Shown here piece by piece: positions 39,251 through 52,931 of a stretch of DNA of 64,000 nucleotides. Within the stretch, counting starts at the first letter, position 1. Each line of letters opens with the position of its first letter. Source of the DNA: an uncultured delta proteobacterium. GTDB taxonomy: Bacteria; Myxococcota_A; Polyangia; Haliangiales; Haliangiaceae. The position numbers and the translations under genes were made by a program. The DNA lies in NCBI GenBank assembly GCA_963848295.1, contig CAWKDB010000004.1:160001-224000 (forward strand). Reading direction: 5' to 3'. Under the pieces are notes generated by a model. The model searched no databases. It worked only from the letters and a program-made list of their open reading frames with translations, and was not told the DNA's origin.

Positions 39251-42059
39251 ATGCGTTTTCGCACGATAGCGTTGGCGGCCGGAATCTCGGCGGGCTTGAT
39301 CCAGACCGGCGACGCCTTCGCGCCGCGCAAGAAGATCGAGCAGCCGGTGGTCGCGGCGGGTCGCAACCTGCGCTCGCATCGCGATGTCGCCTATCCGGCG
39401 CCGAAACGCATCGCCGATCGCTTCCCCGGTTGGCGCGTGATCTGGGATCACGACACCGACGTGCCGCTCCGCATGTGGGGGCCGAACATGATCGTCGCGA
39501 ACGCGGTGGCGAGTCCGGCGGTGGCCGAGGCCGCGGCGCGGCGCTTCCTCGCGGACAACCTCGACATCCTCGCGCCGGGCGCGAGCGTCGGCGACTTCCA
39601 GCTCGTCGCGAACCAGCTCGGCGGCGCGAACGACATCCGCACGGTCGCGTTCGAGCAGTACGCGAACGGCCTGCGGGTGGTCGGCGGCAGCGTCGGGTTC
39701 GCGTTCAAGCACGATCACCTGAGCCTCGTCAGCTCGACCGCGTTACCGAACGTCTCGGTCGTGATGCCGACCCGCACGCTCGACCCCGGCACGATCGGCG
39801 ATCGCGCGGCGGCTTGGGTCAATCGCGCGCATCAGCGGCCGATGGCGGTGCGATCCACGGGCGGCGCGCGCACGATCGTTCCGCTCGTCTACGGGCGCGG
39901 CACCGCCGGCGTGCAGATCGATTATCGCGTCGCCGAGGTCGCCTCGGTCGAGGAGCAAGGCGAAGCTGGCCGATGGGACGTGTTCGTCGATGCGCAAACC
40001 GGCACGCCGATCGCGCGGCAATCGACGCTGCGGTTCGCGACCGGCCAGGTCGAGTACAACGTGCCTGACCGCTACCCACTGTCGACGCGCGGCCCGCAGC
40101 CCGCGCCGTTCGCCGACGTCACGGTCAACGGCACGAACGTGACGACCGCGCTCGACGGCGCCGTGACGTGGGCCGGGGCGGCCGCGTCGACCGTCGTCCC
40201 CGGGCTCGCCGGCACGTATGCCGCGATCACGAATCAGGCCGGTGCGCTCGTCACCGCATCGCTGTCGCTGCCGCCCGACGGTGCGACGGACTGGGATGAG
40301 TCGGCCGACGCGAATTCCGATGCTCAGCTCGACGCGTTCGTGTTCGAGAACACGCTCAAGCAGTTCGTGCTGACCCGGATCAATCCGAGCCTCGCGTGGG
40401 CGCTCAAGCAAGAGGACGTGTACGTCAACGAGAACATGACGTGCAACGCGTACTCGACCGGCGATGACATTCACTTCTTCATCGCCGGCTCCGACGGCGG
40501 TGACAACTGCGAGAACACCGGCCGGATCGCGGACGTCGTCTATCACGAGAGCGGTCACTCGGTGCACTACAACTCGATCATCCCGGGCCAGGGCGTGTTC
40601 GACTCGTCGCTCAGTGAAGGCCTCGCCGACACGATGGCGGTGTCGATCACCGGCGACCCCGGGGTCGCTCGCGGGTTCTTCCTCACCGACGCGCCGCTGC
40701 GCAACCTCGCGCCCGCGGTACCGAAGGTCTGGCCGAAAGACGCCGACGGCGAACCGCACGACGAAGGCGAGATCATCGGCGAGACGCTGTGGGATACGCG
40801 CGTCGCGCTGCAGGCCAAGCTCGGCGACGACGCCGGCTTCACCAAGTTCCTGTTGATCTACTACAGCGTGATGCAACGCTCGGCCGACATCCCGTCGACC
40901 TATCCCGAGGCGTTGCTCGGCGACGACGACGATGGCGACTTGACGAACGGCACGCCCGACGAGTGTGAGCTCGCGATCGCGTTTTCGACGCACGGCTTGT
41001 TCTCGGGGGCGTCGGCGACCGTGGCGCGTGACAACTACGACGTCTCGCTCACGGTCAACACGCCCGCGACGCTGACCGGCTGCGCGCTCCCCGCCATCGC
41101 CAGCGCAGAGCTCGATTGGACGGTGCGCGGCGGTAGCGGCGGCACGGTGCCGCTGACCGCGAATGGCTCGACGTTCACCGGCACGATCCCGACGCCGTCG
41201 GACGGCTCGGTGATCGACTATTCGATCACGGCGACGATGACGACCTCGGCGACCGTGGTCTACCCGCAGAACCCGGCGAACCCGATCTACGAGCTCTATG
41301 TGGGTGCGGTCACGCCGCTGCAATGCTTCGACTTCGAGTCCGGGTTCGAGGGCTGGACCCACGGCGGGACGCCGTCGGCGAGCGACGAATGGCAAGTCGG
41401 TCCGCCGCTCGGCGTCGGCGGCGACCCGAAGGCCGCGCATGGTGGCTCGAACGTGCTCGGGATCGATCTCGGCGACGACGACGGCGACTACAGCGACTCG
41501 ACCACGCAGTACGCCGAGTCCCCCGAGATCGATCTCCAGGGGCATGCCGCGGTGCGGTTGCAGTACTGGCGCTGGCTCGGCGTCGAGGACGGCGCGTACG
41601 ACCAGGCCACGATCTCGGCAAACGGCAGCGCTCAGTGGACGAACCGCGCGAGTCCGGGTCAGCCGCAGAGCGCGAACGAAGTGAACTTCACCGATCAGGA
41701 ATGGCAGTTCCAAGACCTCGACCTCGCCGCGGCGGTCAGTGGCCAGACCTCGGTGAAGCTGCGCTACTCGCTGGTCAGCGACGGCGGCGTGCATCTCGGC
41801 GGGTGGACGATCGACGACGTCTGCGTCGTCACCACCGATCCCGCGGCGCCTGCCTGCGGCAACGGCATCGTCGACAACGGCGAGGAGTGCGACGACGGCA
41901 ACGCGACGAGCGGCGACGGTTGCTCGGCGAGCTGCCAGCTCGAGACCGGTAGTCCGGGCGGCGGTTGTTGCTCGTCGACGAACCGCCCGAGCGGCGCGAT
42001 TCTTGATCGCGTTCGGGACGCTCGGCATCGTGCTGCGTCGCCGGCGGCGGGCCCGGTAG
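39251..42059 (+). CDS. Secreted thermolysin/fungalysin-like (M4/M36) Zn metalloprotease with Cys-rich repeat and MYXO-CTERM-type anchor (frameshift near 42003)
   Basis: Signal peptide and propeptide; CNAYS, YHESGH, SLSEGLAD; CGNGIVDNGEECDDGN; GGCC followed in another frame by LIAFGTLGIVLRRRRRAR*. Confidence 0.8.
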
Positions 42060-42109
42060 GCGCCCGTTCGCGCTCGCTCTGTCCGTGCGTTACCCTGGGA
42101 AGCGACCGG

Positions 42110-43156
42110 ATGTGGCGCTGCGGATTGGTCGTCGTCGCGAGCTGTGGTCGGATCGACTTCGACCCCGGCGCATCCTCGCGCCTCCACGTCGGGCCGCTGC
42201 CCGCCGAGACGCTCGTCGATTTTCCGCTCCTCGTCGTACTCGATGACACGCGCGCCGATCGCACGCTGATCGCGCCCGACGCATCGGACATGCGGTTCTA
42301 TGGAACCGATGGCACCGTGCTCGCCGACGAGATCGAGCAGGCTGGTTCACCAGGTGGCGCGCCGCTGCTCGCGTGGGTCCGGCTGCCCAGCGTCGCGAGC
42401 TCTATCGACCTCACCGTCGAGTACGGTCACTCCCCGCGGGCGACCTCGAGCGATTCGGCGTGGAGCGATTCGTACGCCGCGGTGTGGCACCTCGACGGCA
42501 GCGGCGATGTTCCCGACTCGACGACGAATGACGTCGGCGGTGTGGCGACAGGGACGACGCCGGTCGCCGGCCAGATCGGCGGCGCGCGGTTGTTCGATAA
42601 CACGGACCCCGACTCGATCGCCGTGCCCGGTGGTAAGACGCTCGCGTTGCCCGTCGTGACGGTGTCCGGCTGGATCAGCCCGACGTCGCTCTCGAGCACG
42701 AACCACTATGCGCTCGTATCGCGCGAATCGTTCGATAGCGGCGATGATGATTTCTGGCTCGCGGATACGATCGGTGGCGTCGCAGGCGACGAGTTCGAGA
42801 CCGACGCGAGCGGCGACGTCGCTTATACGTCGACGTACCCGGTCGATGTCGGCCGCTGGACGCATCTCGCGGCGACTGCCGATGGCGCGCAAGAAATCCT
42901 CTATGCCGACGGCGTCGCGGTGGGCTCGGGGCCGCTCGTCGGTCCGTTGCTATCCGATCCGAATCCGATCTTTCTCGGTGCGGATCGCAACGGCACTGCG
43001 CCCGAGGGTGAGCCCGATATCGATTTCGCGAACGGCGAGCTCGACGAGATCCGGATCGAAACCGTCGCGCGTTCGCAGGCTTGGATCACCGCCGACGACC
43101 TATCGCAGCGCGATCAGCTGATCACCTACGGCCCGGTGCTTTACGGCGCGCTCTAG
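42110..43156 (+). CDS. Lipoprotein with DUF2341-like and LamG/concanavalin-like domains
   Basis: MWRCGLVVVASC|GRIDFD; DMRFY...WVRLP; AVWHLD; WTHLAAT...LYADG; GELDEIRI. Confidence 0.8.
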   Translation: MWRCGLVVVASCGRIDFDPGASSRLHVGPLPAETLVDFPLLVVLDDTRADRTLIAPDASDMRFYGTDGTVLADEIEQAGSPGGAPLLAWVRLPSVASSIDLTVEYGHSPRATSSDSAWSDSYAAVWHLDGSGDVPDSTTNDVGGVATGTTPVAGQIGGARLFDNTDPDSIAVPGGKTLALPVVTVSGWISPTSLSSTNHYALVSRESFDSGDDDFWLADTIGGVAGDEFETDASGDVAYTSTYPVDVGRWTHLAATADGAQEILYADGVAVGSGPLVGPLLSDPNPIFLGADRNGTAPEGEPDIDFANGELDEIRIETVARSQAWITADDLSQRDQLITYGPVLYGAL

Positions 43157-44571
43157 ACCGCGACCGGCAGGACGCGGCGACGCACGAGCTTGATGCTGAG
43201 CAGCCGGTACAGCATCTTGCTGACCTCGAAGCTGCCCATGCGCGAGCGCCGGATGATGTCCTTGACCGTGTTCTTGCCGTTGACCAGCTCGAGCACGGCG
43301 AGCTCCTCGCGGGTGAGCCGGCCGCGGCCCATCTGCGCTACCTGATCTTCGTTGCGCAAGAATACGACGTCGAAGTTGTCGATCGCGCGCTCGATCAAGT
43401 GCCACTCGTCGACGCGGCGGTAGCCCTCCATCAGCACTGCCTCAACGTCGAGCCCGAGCGCGGCGTCGATCACCGCCGGCGGCAGCTCGACACCGGCGCC
43501 GAATCGGAATCGGCCGTGACGCCACCGCAAGATCTCGTAGATCAGCTCGCACGATTGCCGGGTCAGGCACGACTTGAGATCGGCCTCGGCAAGATACCCG
43601 AGCCGGACGAGCGCTTGACCGAAGAGCTTGCTGCCGGTGTGCTGCGTGCGCGATTCGAGGAACGATTCGAAGTCGGGCTTCTGCATCAGCTCGGCATCGA
43701 GCACGAAGCGGCCGAGCAGGAACTCGTCGGGCACGCCCTCGGCGATCGCCTGGTCGACCCGGCCGCGACGGAAATAGATCTCGACCTTGGCCTCGGCGCG
43801 CTCGACCGTGAGCACGCCGGACTGCTCTTGGACGTCGAGGAGCTGCAACACCTCGGCGAGCGGCACGACGCGCAGGTCGCCGCGCAAGCCGGGCGCGTTC
43901 TCGCCGAACAAGCCGAGATCGACCGAACCGAGCATCTCGTGGAGCGCATCGTCATCGAGCGCGGTGCGCACCGCATCGGCGATCGCGGCAGCGTCGGTGC
44001 CGACCTTCGCATCGGCATCGCTCGCGGATTCGGCGAGCTGGAACAGTGCGGCGACGCGCGCGCTGACGACGTCGCTGACCTGCCGGCGCAGATCGATCAG
44101 TGCTGCACGACGGGCGTGCGAGCGGTCGGCGTCGTCGGTCGCCGCCAGGTCTTCGCCGGTGACGAGCGAGGGATTCTCTTCCGACTCGACCGGGCCGCCG
44201 TACTTGCCGATCGTGTGTTGGACGACCGCGGTGATCGCCTCGGGCGAAAACGGCTTCGTGATGTAGTCGACGATCCCCATCACCTTGACGAACCGCTCGC
44301 CGACCTGGTCGCCCTTCGCACTCATGAGAATCACCGGGATGTCACGCAGCTTCGAATCGGCGGTCAACTCGCGACAGAATTGATAGCCGTTCATTCTCGG
44401 CATCACGAAGTCGAGTAGGATCAGATCCGGCCGCTGTGACCGCACGGCGACGAGCCCGGCCTCGCCATCACCCGCGATGTTCACGCGATAGCCCGCTTTT
44501 GTGAGCACCAGCTGCACGACCTTCGTGATCGTTGCGCTGTCGTCGATAACCAGAACGAGCTCGCCAGGCAT
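43153..44571 (-). CDS. Response regulator with DUF4388 output domain
   Basis: VIDDS, LLDFVMP, YITKPF receiver; LRGDL...LAEVLQLL...IYFRRG...EGYRRVDEW. Confidence 0.88.
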   Translation of the reverse strand: MPGELVLVIDDSATITKVVQLVLTKAGYRVNIAGDGEAGLVAVRSQRPDLILLDFVMPRMNGYQFCRELTADSKLRDIPVILMSAKGDQVGERFVKVMGIVDYITKPFSPEAITAVVQHTIGKYGGPVESEENPSLVTGEDLAATDDADRSHARRAALIDLRRQVSDVVSARVAALFQLAESASDADAKVGTDAAAIADAVRTALDDDALHEMLGSVDLGLFGENAPGLRGDLRVVPLAEVLQLLDVQEQSGVLTVERAEAKVEIYFRRGRVDQAIAEGVPDEFLLGRFVLDAELMQKPDFESFLESRTQHTGSKLFGQALVRLGYLAEADLKSCLTRQSCELIYEILRWRHGRFRFGAGVELPPAVIDAALGLDVEAVLMEGYRRVDEWHLIERAIDNFDVVFLRNEDQVAQMGRGRLTREELAVLELVNGKNTVKDIIRRSRMGSFEVSKMLYRLLSIKLVRRRVLPVAV

Positions 44572-44678
44572 GTGTGTGTTCCGCGTACTCCGCAGCACAG
44601 CCGAGGAGATCGACATCTTATGTGCTTCGATCCTGGGGTTCAACGCCACTGCAAACTACTTCCTGAATTGGAGGCGTC

Positions 44679-47993
<3,315 letters not shown>

Positions 47994-48182
47994 GCTGACC
48001 ATAGGGGTTGGCACCGGTCTGGGGTCTCGAGGCCGCCTGATGCGACCACCTCGCAGCGCCGAGGCCTCAGCTCGCAGGTCCGCGGCCTCCCCAGCCGTTG
48101 CGACCGGAAGCTGTCCTACAATGCGGCCCATCGCTTCGCGGGGTTGCACGGTTACCGGCCATGGTCGATCGCTCCACGCAGG

Positions 48183-48198
48183 TGGCGCGACGCTTGCT
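48183..48198 (+). promoter_or_regulatory. Putative sigma-54 (-24/-12) promoter
   Basis: TGGCGCG-ACGC-TTGCT, one mismatch to TGGCACG-N4-TTGCW, just upstream of the NTPase regulator. Confidence 0.6.
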
Positions 48199-48251
48199 GA
48201 AGCAGGGCCCACCGCTAGATGCGCCGCCGTCCCTTCAAGATCACCAACCCC

Positions 48252-51200
48252 ATGACCCCTATTGGACCGGTGCCGTTTGTCGGCCGTCACCAGGAGCTGG
48301 CCGAGCTCAAGCAGCAGCTTTCGATCGTGCCGCTGCTCTCGCTGCACGGCGCGCTCGGCGCGGGCAAGACCCGACTGATGGGCGAGCTCGCCGCGAGCTT
48401 GGGCGTGCCTTTCACCGTGATCGACTGCTATCCCGGCGACCGCGCCTCGGCGCTTCGCGCGCGCGCGGAACGAGCGCTGCGCTGCGCGCCGGGCGCGCTG
48501 AATCAGGTGCTCGTCCAGCAGGCGCGCGTGCTCGTGTTCGATGATTTTCACAACCTGCGGGTCGATGAAGCGACGCCGCTGCTCGGTGAGCTCGTGCTCG
48601 GCGCGACCGCGCTCGGCCGGGTCATCGTGATCGGCCGCGATCCGCTCTCGGCGGCGGTCGGCGATGCGCTCGCGGAGCTAGAGCTCCAAGGGCTCGACGT
48701 CGTCGCGGCCCAGGCGATGTGGACGTCGCTCGCCGAGCAATTCGGCGCGGCGGGAGGCTTCGATGACGGTTTCGGGCGCACGCGCGGCGCTCCGCTCGCG
48801 CTGCGGCGTGAGTTTGCGCGCGCTCGGTTCGGAGCGACGGCATGGGATGTCGCGACCCTCGATGCGCCGGCGCGCGCAGCACTCGATGCGCTCGCGGTGT
48901 TGCGCCAACCGGTCGCGCCTGCGGCGGTGGCCGCGTTGGTTCCCGGCGTCGCGGTCGAGCCTGCCTTGACGAGCTTGGTCGCACACCAGCTCGTCGACGC
49001 GGTCGGCGATGGCCGCCTCGTGTTGCACGAGGTCGTCCGCACCGACGTGCTCGCGCAGATGCCGGCCGAGACCCGGCGGCGGTTGTCGGCGGCGGCGGCC
49101 GATCTCGTCGCCAGCACGGCGGCAGGAACCGCAGGGCCCCGGCTCGCGTGGCAGGCCGGCGACGACGGCGCCTTCGGCGCGCTCGATCAGATCTCGCGGC
49201 TCCGCGAAGTCGTCTGGCACCGGCTCGCCGCGGGCGATCGCGAGGGCGCCGCGGATGCGCTGATCGCAGATCGCGAGCTGTCGGCGCGCGCCGGCGGCGC
49301 GGGCGAGTTCGAATCACTGCTCGATGCGCTCGGCGATCGCCGGCGCAAACGAGCAGGCAGTCACGCCGAGGTCGCACCGCTGGCCGACGGCGAACAGCTC
49401 GATCCCGAACGCGCGCGCCAGCTCGCCGAGCTACGCATCGACATCGCGGTGCGCGGCGGTCGCTATAGCGAAGCGCTCGAGCGCGCGACGGCCGCGCCGA
49501 CCGCGGTATCGGCGTTGGTCGCCGCCGAGCTCCAGCTGGCATGCGGCGACGCGGGCGCGGCTCGCCGATCGTTGCTCGTGCTCGCGAGCAACGCCGATCC
49601 GAGCGTTCGCGCCGGCGCGGCGGCGCAGCTGATCGAGCTCGAGCTCCTCGCCGGCAAGCCCGACGCGGCGACGGCTTACTTGACTGCGCTCGGCGACCTC
49701 GCTGCCGCCGAGCCGCTCGTCCGCGCTCGCGTCCACCTCGCGACCGCGCGACTCGACGAATACGCCGGCCGGGTCGCCGCGATGCGCGCCGCGCTCGGGC
49801 GCGCTCACGGCGCGTGCAAGAGCGTGCCATCGTGCCTCGAATCGACCGAGCTGTCCGCTGTCGTCGATGCGCGCCGCGCGATCGGCCTGGCCCGTGAAGG
49901 GCGGATCGCCGAGGCGACCGCCGCGCTCGATGCCGCCGAGGCGTTGGCGCGCGAGGTCGATGCCGTTACGGTCTCCGACGAAGTGCTCGCGGCGCGCGCG
50001 CTCGTCGCTCGCCGGCGTGGCGATGGCGCCGGTGCCGCGATGATGCTCGCGGGCCTGGTTCGGTCACGCCGGTCACGCGGCGACGAGCTCGGTGCGCTCA
50101 GGGCCGAGCTCGACTACGCCGAGCTCGAGATCGTGCGCGGTCAACCGGCGCTCGCGGCCGAGCTCGCCAGTGCAGCGCTCGCGTCGAGCGTACGGCGCGA
50201 GCTCGGGCACCTCGCGGCGCGCGGCGCGGTCGTGATCGCCGCGATCGACGTCCTCGAGCTTCGCCTCGAGGCGGCCGTACCGAAGCTACAAGAGCTCCAC
50301 GGCCAGCTCGCACTCGACGCCGCGTCGGCCGCCACGGCGGCGGTGTGGCTCGCGACCGCACGCGCGCTGTCCGGGCAGCGTGCCGGCGCGGTCGAGCTCG
50401 CCGCGAATGCCGGGGCAGAGTGGCGCGACGATCTCGATCGCAAGCTCGCGACCGCCGAGGTGTCACTCGCCGCGAGCGACGCCAGCGGCGCCTTGGAGCT
50501 CGCGCGCGAGACCGCCGTGCTCGCCGAGCGCGCCCATCGCACGATCGAGCTCGCGTCCGCGCTCGTCATCGTCGCCCGGCTCGAGCTCGCGCGCGGCGAT
50601 CGCGCGAATGCCCGCGCCGCGGCAAGCCGCGCCGCCCGCGAAGCCGCGGCCTCCGGGCTCGTGCGCGCGCGCGTCCATGCGTTGCTCGCGCTGTCCGCAC
50701 TCGCGCGCGATGACGACGACGGCCCGACCGCGGTGGCCTATGCGCGCGACGCCGCCGAGCTCGCGATGGGCGCCGGGCTGCCGGTCGAACGCCTCGTCGC
50801 GCACGCCGCGCTCGACGCGATCTCGGGCCACGAAGCGGTCGCCGATCCGTCGGCCCCATCGGCGGCCACGATGGCATCGACCGCGATCGAAGGCGCCGCG
50901 CGGCTGCTCACCGACCTCGGCCTGACCGCGCAAAGGCCGTTCCGCGTCATCGATGCCGAGGGCGTGCCGAGCGACGTGTCCGACGCGAATCCGGAGATCC
51001 TCCGCCTGCCGGGGCGCGCCCTCGCGATCGATGGTGTGCGCGAGCAGATCTGGCGCCACGGCCAAGAGCTCGCCGATCTCCGCCGCCGCAGCCTGCTCAA
51101 GCGGCTGCTGTTCTTGTTTGCTTCCGCGCCCGGCAAGGTGTTTTCGAAGGAGTCGATCGTCCAGGCGGTGTGGAACGTCGAGTACCACCCGCTGCGCCAT

Positions 51201-51335
51201 GATGCAGCGCTGTTCACGAACATCATGCGCATCCGGCGCTTGCTCGGCGAGGACGGCTCCGAGATCATCCGCGTGACCGAAGACGGCTATCGGTTCGTGC
51301 CGCCGCGAGACTTCTTGTTCGTGATCCCCCGGTGA
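48252..51335 (+). CDS. MalT/STAND-like regulator: P-loop NTPase, helical repeats and C-terminal OmpR-type winged helix
   Basis: FVGRHQEL, GALGAGKT, VLVFDDFH, GAPLAL, LHEVVR; GKVFSKESIVQAVW...NIMRIRRLL...GYRF; alternative start 48219. Confidence 0.85.
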   Translation: MTPIGPVPFVGRHQELAELKQQLSIVPLLSLHGALGAGKTRLMGELAASLGVPFTVIDCYPGDRASALRARAERALRCAPGALNQVLVQQARVLVFDDFHNLRVDEATPLLGELVLGATALGRVIVIGRDPLSAAVGDALAELELQGLDVVAAQAMWTSLAEQFGAAGGFDDGFGRTRGAPLALRREFARARFGATAWDVATLDAPARAALDALAVLRQPVAPAAVAALVPGVAVEPALTSLVAHQLVDAVGDGRLVLHEVVRTDVLAQMPAETRRRLSAAAADLVASTAAGTAGPRLAWQAGDDGAFGALDQISRLREVVWHRLAAGDREGAADALIADRELSARAGGAGEFESLLDALGDRRRKRAGSHAEVAPLADGEQLDPERARQLAELRIDIAVRGGRYSEALERATAAPTAVSALVAAELQLACGDAGAARRSLLVLASNADPSVRAGAAAQLIELELLAGKPDAATAYLTALGDLAAAEPLVRARVHLATARLDEYAGRVAAMRAALGRAHGACKSVPSCLESTELSAVVDARRAIGLAREGRIAEATAALDAAEALAREVDAVTVSDEVLAARALVARRRGDGAGAAMMLAGLVRSRRSRGDELGALRAELDYAELEIVRGQPALAAELASAALASSVRRELGHLAARGAVVIAAIDVLELRLEAAVPKLQELHGQLALDAASAATAAVWLATARALSGQRAGAVELAANAGAEWRDDLDRKLATAEVSLAASDASGALELARETAVLAERAHRTIELASALVIVARLELARGDRANARAAASRAAREAAASGLVRARVHALLALSALARDDDDGPTAVAYARDAAELAMGAGLPVERLVAHAALDAISGHEAVADPSAPSAATMASTAIEGAARLLTDLGLTAQRPFRVIDAEGVPSDVSDANPEILRLPGRALAIDGVREQIWRHGQELADLRRRSLLKRLLFLFASAPGKVFSKESIVQAVWNVEYHPLRHDAALFTNIMRIRRLLGEDGSEIIRVTEDGYRFVPPRDFLFVIPR

Positions 51336-51907
51336 AGACCAAGCGAAAAACGGCGACGAAGGCCAAGGCCCACAAGGCCAAGGCCCGGGCGAAGCCATCA
51401 CGACGCAAGATCAAGCCCACTGCGAAACCGAAGCGCGTCGCCAAGCCGAAGCCGAAAGTCACGATCGACACCGCCAAGTGGCTCGGATTCGTCAACGAGC
51501 ACGGTGTCGTGCTCGCATCGGCGCGCGGCGCGGTGCCGAACCTCGCCGAGGCGGTCGCGGGCGAGCCGATCATCGGAAGCTGGTGGGCTCACCCGAAGGG
51601 CAACTCGATCTTCGCCGTGCTGTCCGCGATCGACGACTCCGACGAGGTTCGCTGCTTCAAGCTGATCGATCGCAAGGTCACGTTCGTCCATCGCCGGCTG
51701 TGGCCAGCGCTCGTCCGGCTCGCGCAAGACGGCGTGTTACCGGCCGACCGCGTCGCGGCCCTGCGCCAGGAGCACACCCCGGGCGGCCAGCATCGCAACG
51801 TCGTGACGCCGTTCCCCGACTGGGTCGACCGCGGCACCTCGAGAGTCGCGGACGCGCTGACCGCCGCGGAAGCGCTCGCCCAGCTCGGCGTGCTCTGGAT
51901 CAGTTGA
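51332..51907 (+). CDS. Putative winged-helix/AlkZ-related protein with Lys/Ala-rich N-terminal tail
   Basis: GTGA coupling to the regulator; K/A/R-rich first 42 aa; GSWWAHP and KLIDRKVTFVHRRLWP core. Confidence 0.6.
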   Translation: MKTKRKTATKAKAHKAKARAKPSRRKIKPTAKPKRVAKPKPKVTIDTAKWLGFVNEHGVVLASARGAVPNLAEAVAGEPIIGSWWAHPKGNSIFAVLSAIDDSDEVRCFKLIDRKVTFVHRRLWPALVRLAQDGVLPADRVAALRQEHTPGGQHRNVVTPFPDWVDRGTSRVADALTAAEALAQLGVLWIS

Positions 51908-52931
51908 ACCAGCGCGGGTCGTTCGGGTCATGCGCCGGTTGCTCGGGCTCGGGCTCGGCCTCGGGCTCCGGCTCCGGTTCGCGCGCCGCAGCCGCGGCGG
52001 CTTCTTCGCGCTCCCACATCGCGATCCGCGTGCGGTACTGACGGCGGCGCTTGCGCCACGCGAACGCGAGCAAGATCGCGGCGAGCACCCACACCGCGAG
52101 CGCGAGTAGCCCGACCGGCGCGAACAAGTACCGCTTGCCGAGGCTGTCGCGCCACTCGTCGTACAGCGCTCGCATCGGCACGCCGTACGCGCGGATCGCG
52201 GCCTGATCGATCGTCGAGCCGTGCGAGAGCTCGGCGAGCAGCTCGCGAAACGGTCGGCGATCGCCGCGGTCGCTGCCGTCTTCCCACCGACCGCGCATCG
52301 TCAGGTAACCGACGAGGTCGTAGCTCTCGGCGTACGCGCGATTCGCGGGCAGCTCTTCGTCGGGAAATCGCGTCGCGAGCTCGTCGTACGGCACGATCCC
52401 GCCGAACCAGGCCATCCCGGCGAGCGTCTCGGTGCGATCCCACGACCACTCGGGCGAGTGTTGATACGCGAAGCCTTCGTGTAGCCAGCGCGGGGCGCGA
52501 TCGCCGACCGCGGCACCGAGCGCGAGGTGGGCGAGCTCGTGCTCGAGCGTCGCGACCGGATCGACAAAAGTACCGCCGCGGCGCATCGCGATCGACAGCA
52601 CGCCGAGGTCCGGATACGCGACCCCGATCGCGTAGGCCGGAGCGCCCCGGCCTTGCGGCGCGACGTCGGCGAGCTCGCTCGCATCGCGGACGAGCTGGAT
52701 GTGGATGACCTCGGGGGTCGGCAGGTCGCGCAGATCGGCGGAGATGTCTTTCAGCGACTGCTCGGCGGCACCGCGCAGGCGCTCGGCCGTGCTCTCGAGC
52801 CCGTGCTCGTAGCGGATCTCGATCCGGCCTTCGCCCGGCAGCGTCTCGAGCGGCGGCGCTGCGCTCGCCGAGCGGGGCGCGACGACCAGCGCGAGCGCGC
52901 ACTCGAGCACGAGGGCGGCGATGCGCTTCAC
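51900..52931 (-). CDS. Membrane-anchored Zn metallopeptidase (clan MA-like)
   Basis: Signal peptide; HELAH...PRWLHEGFA; AYAES; C-terminal TM followed by a basic stretch. Confidence 0.85.
   Translation of the reverse strand: MKRIAALVLECALALVVAPRSASAAPPLETLPGEGRIEIRYEHGLESTAERLRGAAEQSLKDISADLRDLPTPEVIHIQLVRDASELADVAPQGRGAPAYAIGVAYPDLGVLSIAMRRGGTFVDPVATLEHELAHLALGAAVGDRAPRWLHEGFAYQHSPEWSWDRTETLAGMAWFGGIVPYDELATRFPDEELPANRAYAESYDLVGYLTMRGRWEDGSDRGDRRPFRELLAELSHGSTIDQAAIRAYGVPMRALYDEWRDSLGKRYLFAPVGLLALAVWVLAAILLAFAWRKRRRQYRTRIAMWEREEAAAAAAREPEPEPEAEPEPEQPAHDPNDPRWFN

Noticed and set aside
38741..43156. 1471-aa protease-LamG giant ORF
   Set aside because: The protease TM/Arg anchor and stop (42059) lie in another frame, and the LamG protein has its own ATG and lipobox at 42110.
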